DNA of 64,000 nucleotides from Victivallales bacterium (GTDB lineage Bacteria; Verrucomicrobiota; Lentisphaeria; Victivallales; UBA1829): NCBI GenBank assembly GCA_045594005.1, contig JAZNXT010000057.1, positions 3,151 to 67,150 of the forward strand, read 5' to 3'. Shown piece by piece: positions 63,794 to 64,000 of this stretch (position 1 is its first letter; each line of letters starts with the position of its first letter). The notes under the pieces were generated by a model. It saw only the letters and a program-made list of their open reading frames with translations, ran no database searches and was not told where the DNA came from. The position numbers and the translations under genes were made by a program.

Positions 63794-64000
63794 GTGAAAA
63801 ATACATCCGGAATATTCTGTCTGACAGCTGCTCTGACTCTGGCGGCACTGACGTCTTCCTGCTGTATCCGGGATTGGTATCACGACTGGCGGTACGGCGA
63901 TCAACCTGTCCCCACAGAACCCATCACGCCCCCTGCTCCGCCGCAGCCGGGCGATTACGCACAGATTCAGGCAATCAATGTGATGACGGACAGTCTGCTG
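63794..64000 (+). CDS. Lipoprotein, N-terminal fragment (continues beyond the window), possibly LpoB-like
   Basis: GTG 63794 preceded by GAAAGGAAA. Lipobox LAALTSSC, then a Pro-rich linker and ...AQIQAINVMTDSLL. Confidence 0.45.
   Translation, partial: MKNTSGIFCLTAALTLAALTSSCCIRDWYHDWRYGDQPVPTEPITPPAPPQPGDYAQIQAINVMTDSLL

Overview
This is a 64-kb chromosomal segment from a Gram-negative bacterium, as shown by lpxB, a TolC-family lipoprotein and a prepilin peptidase. The gene style resembles the PVC group: several Gfo/Idh/MocA oxidoreductases, a secreted prenyltransferase/SHC-repeat protein, a TRL lipoprotein and a giant leaderless repeat protein. That placement is inference only. Most of the window is housekeeping. 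On the minus strand there is a long co-directional array, gnd, a lipoprotein, nifS-like, nfu, an OppD-type ATPase, a TM/TPR protein, mutL, nadE and pilD, several of them joined by ATGA overlaps. On the plus strand lie ffh, lpxB, prfB, metY, folE, dtd, dxr-rseP-ispG, gltX-def, glgP, plus (minus strand) argH and (plus) prmC. All calls come from reading the supplied translations and the DNA by eye. No database search, folding or GC computation was run. Many ORF-track starts were moved to internal ATGs that have Shine-Dalgarno-like sequences. Regions worth a second look: (1) two GC-rich nested-palindrome elements that each draw as a four-way junction (9796-9936, followed by a plus-strand terminator; 37445-37607). 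(2) A 1,857-aa leaderless repeat protein with its own near-consensus promoter and terminator, beside an orphan TolC-family gene. (3) A bacterial CDC123/D123-like ATP-grasp gene 17 nt downstream of a membrane protein that ends in DDDDFDDDDF. (4) A single-gene ABC-ATPase plus Toprim/DUF4435-like fusion (OLD or fused-PARIS style), followed by 650 bp of non-coding DNA with exactly phased 9- and 10-bp repeat arrays and a 130-bp direct repeat. (5) A roughly 33-nt motif present three times, abutting the stop codons of two unrelated genes. (6) An IS256-family element with intact inverted repeats and an 8-bp target duplication but a gutted transposase, sitting inside the predicted promoter of an AT-rich secreted HExxH protein gene. 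(7) A cytoplasmic operon of a 698-aa unknown protein, a Gfo/Idh/MocA oxidoreductase and a type I dehydroquinase-like protein. (8) A Ser/Thr kinase followed by a sensor 'histidine kinase' with a degenerate catalytic core. No rRNA, tRNA or CRISPR array was recognised.
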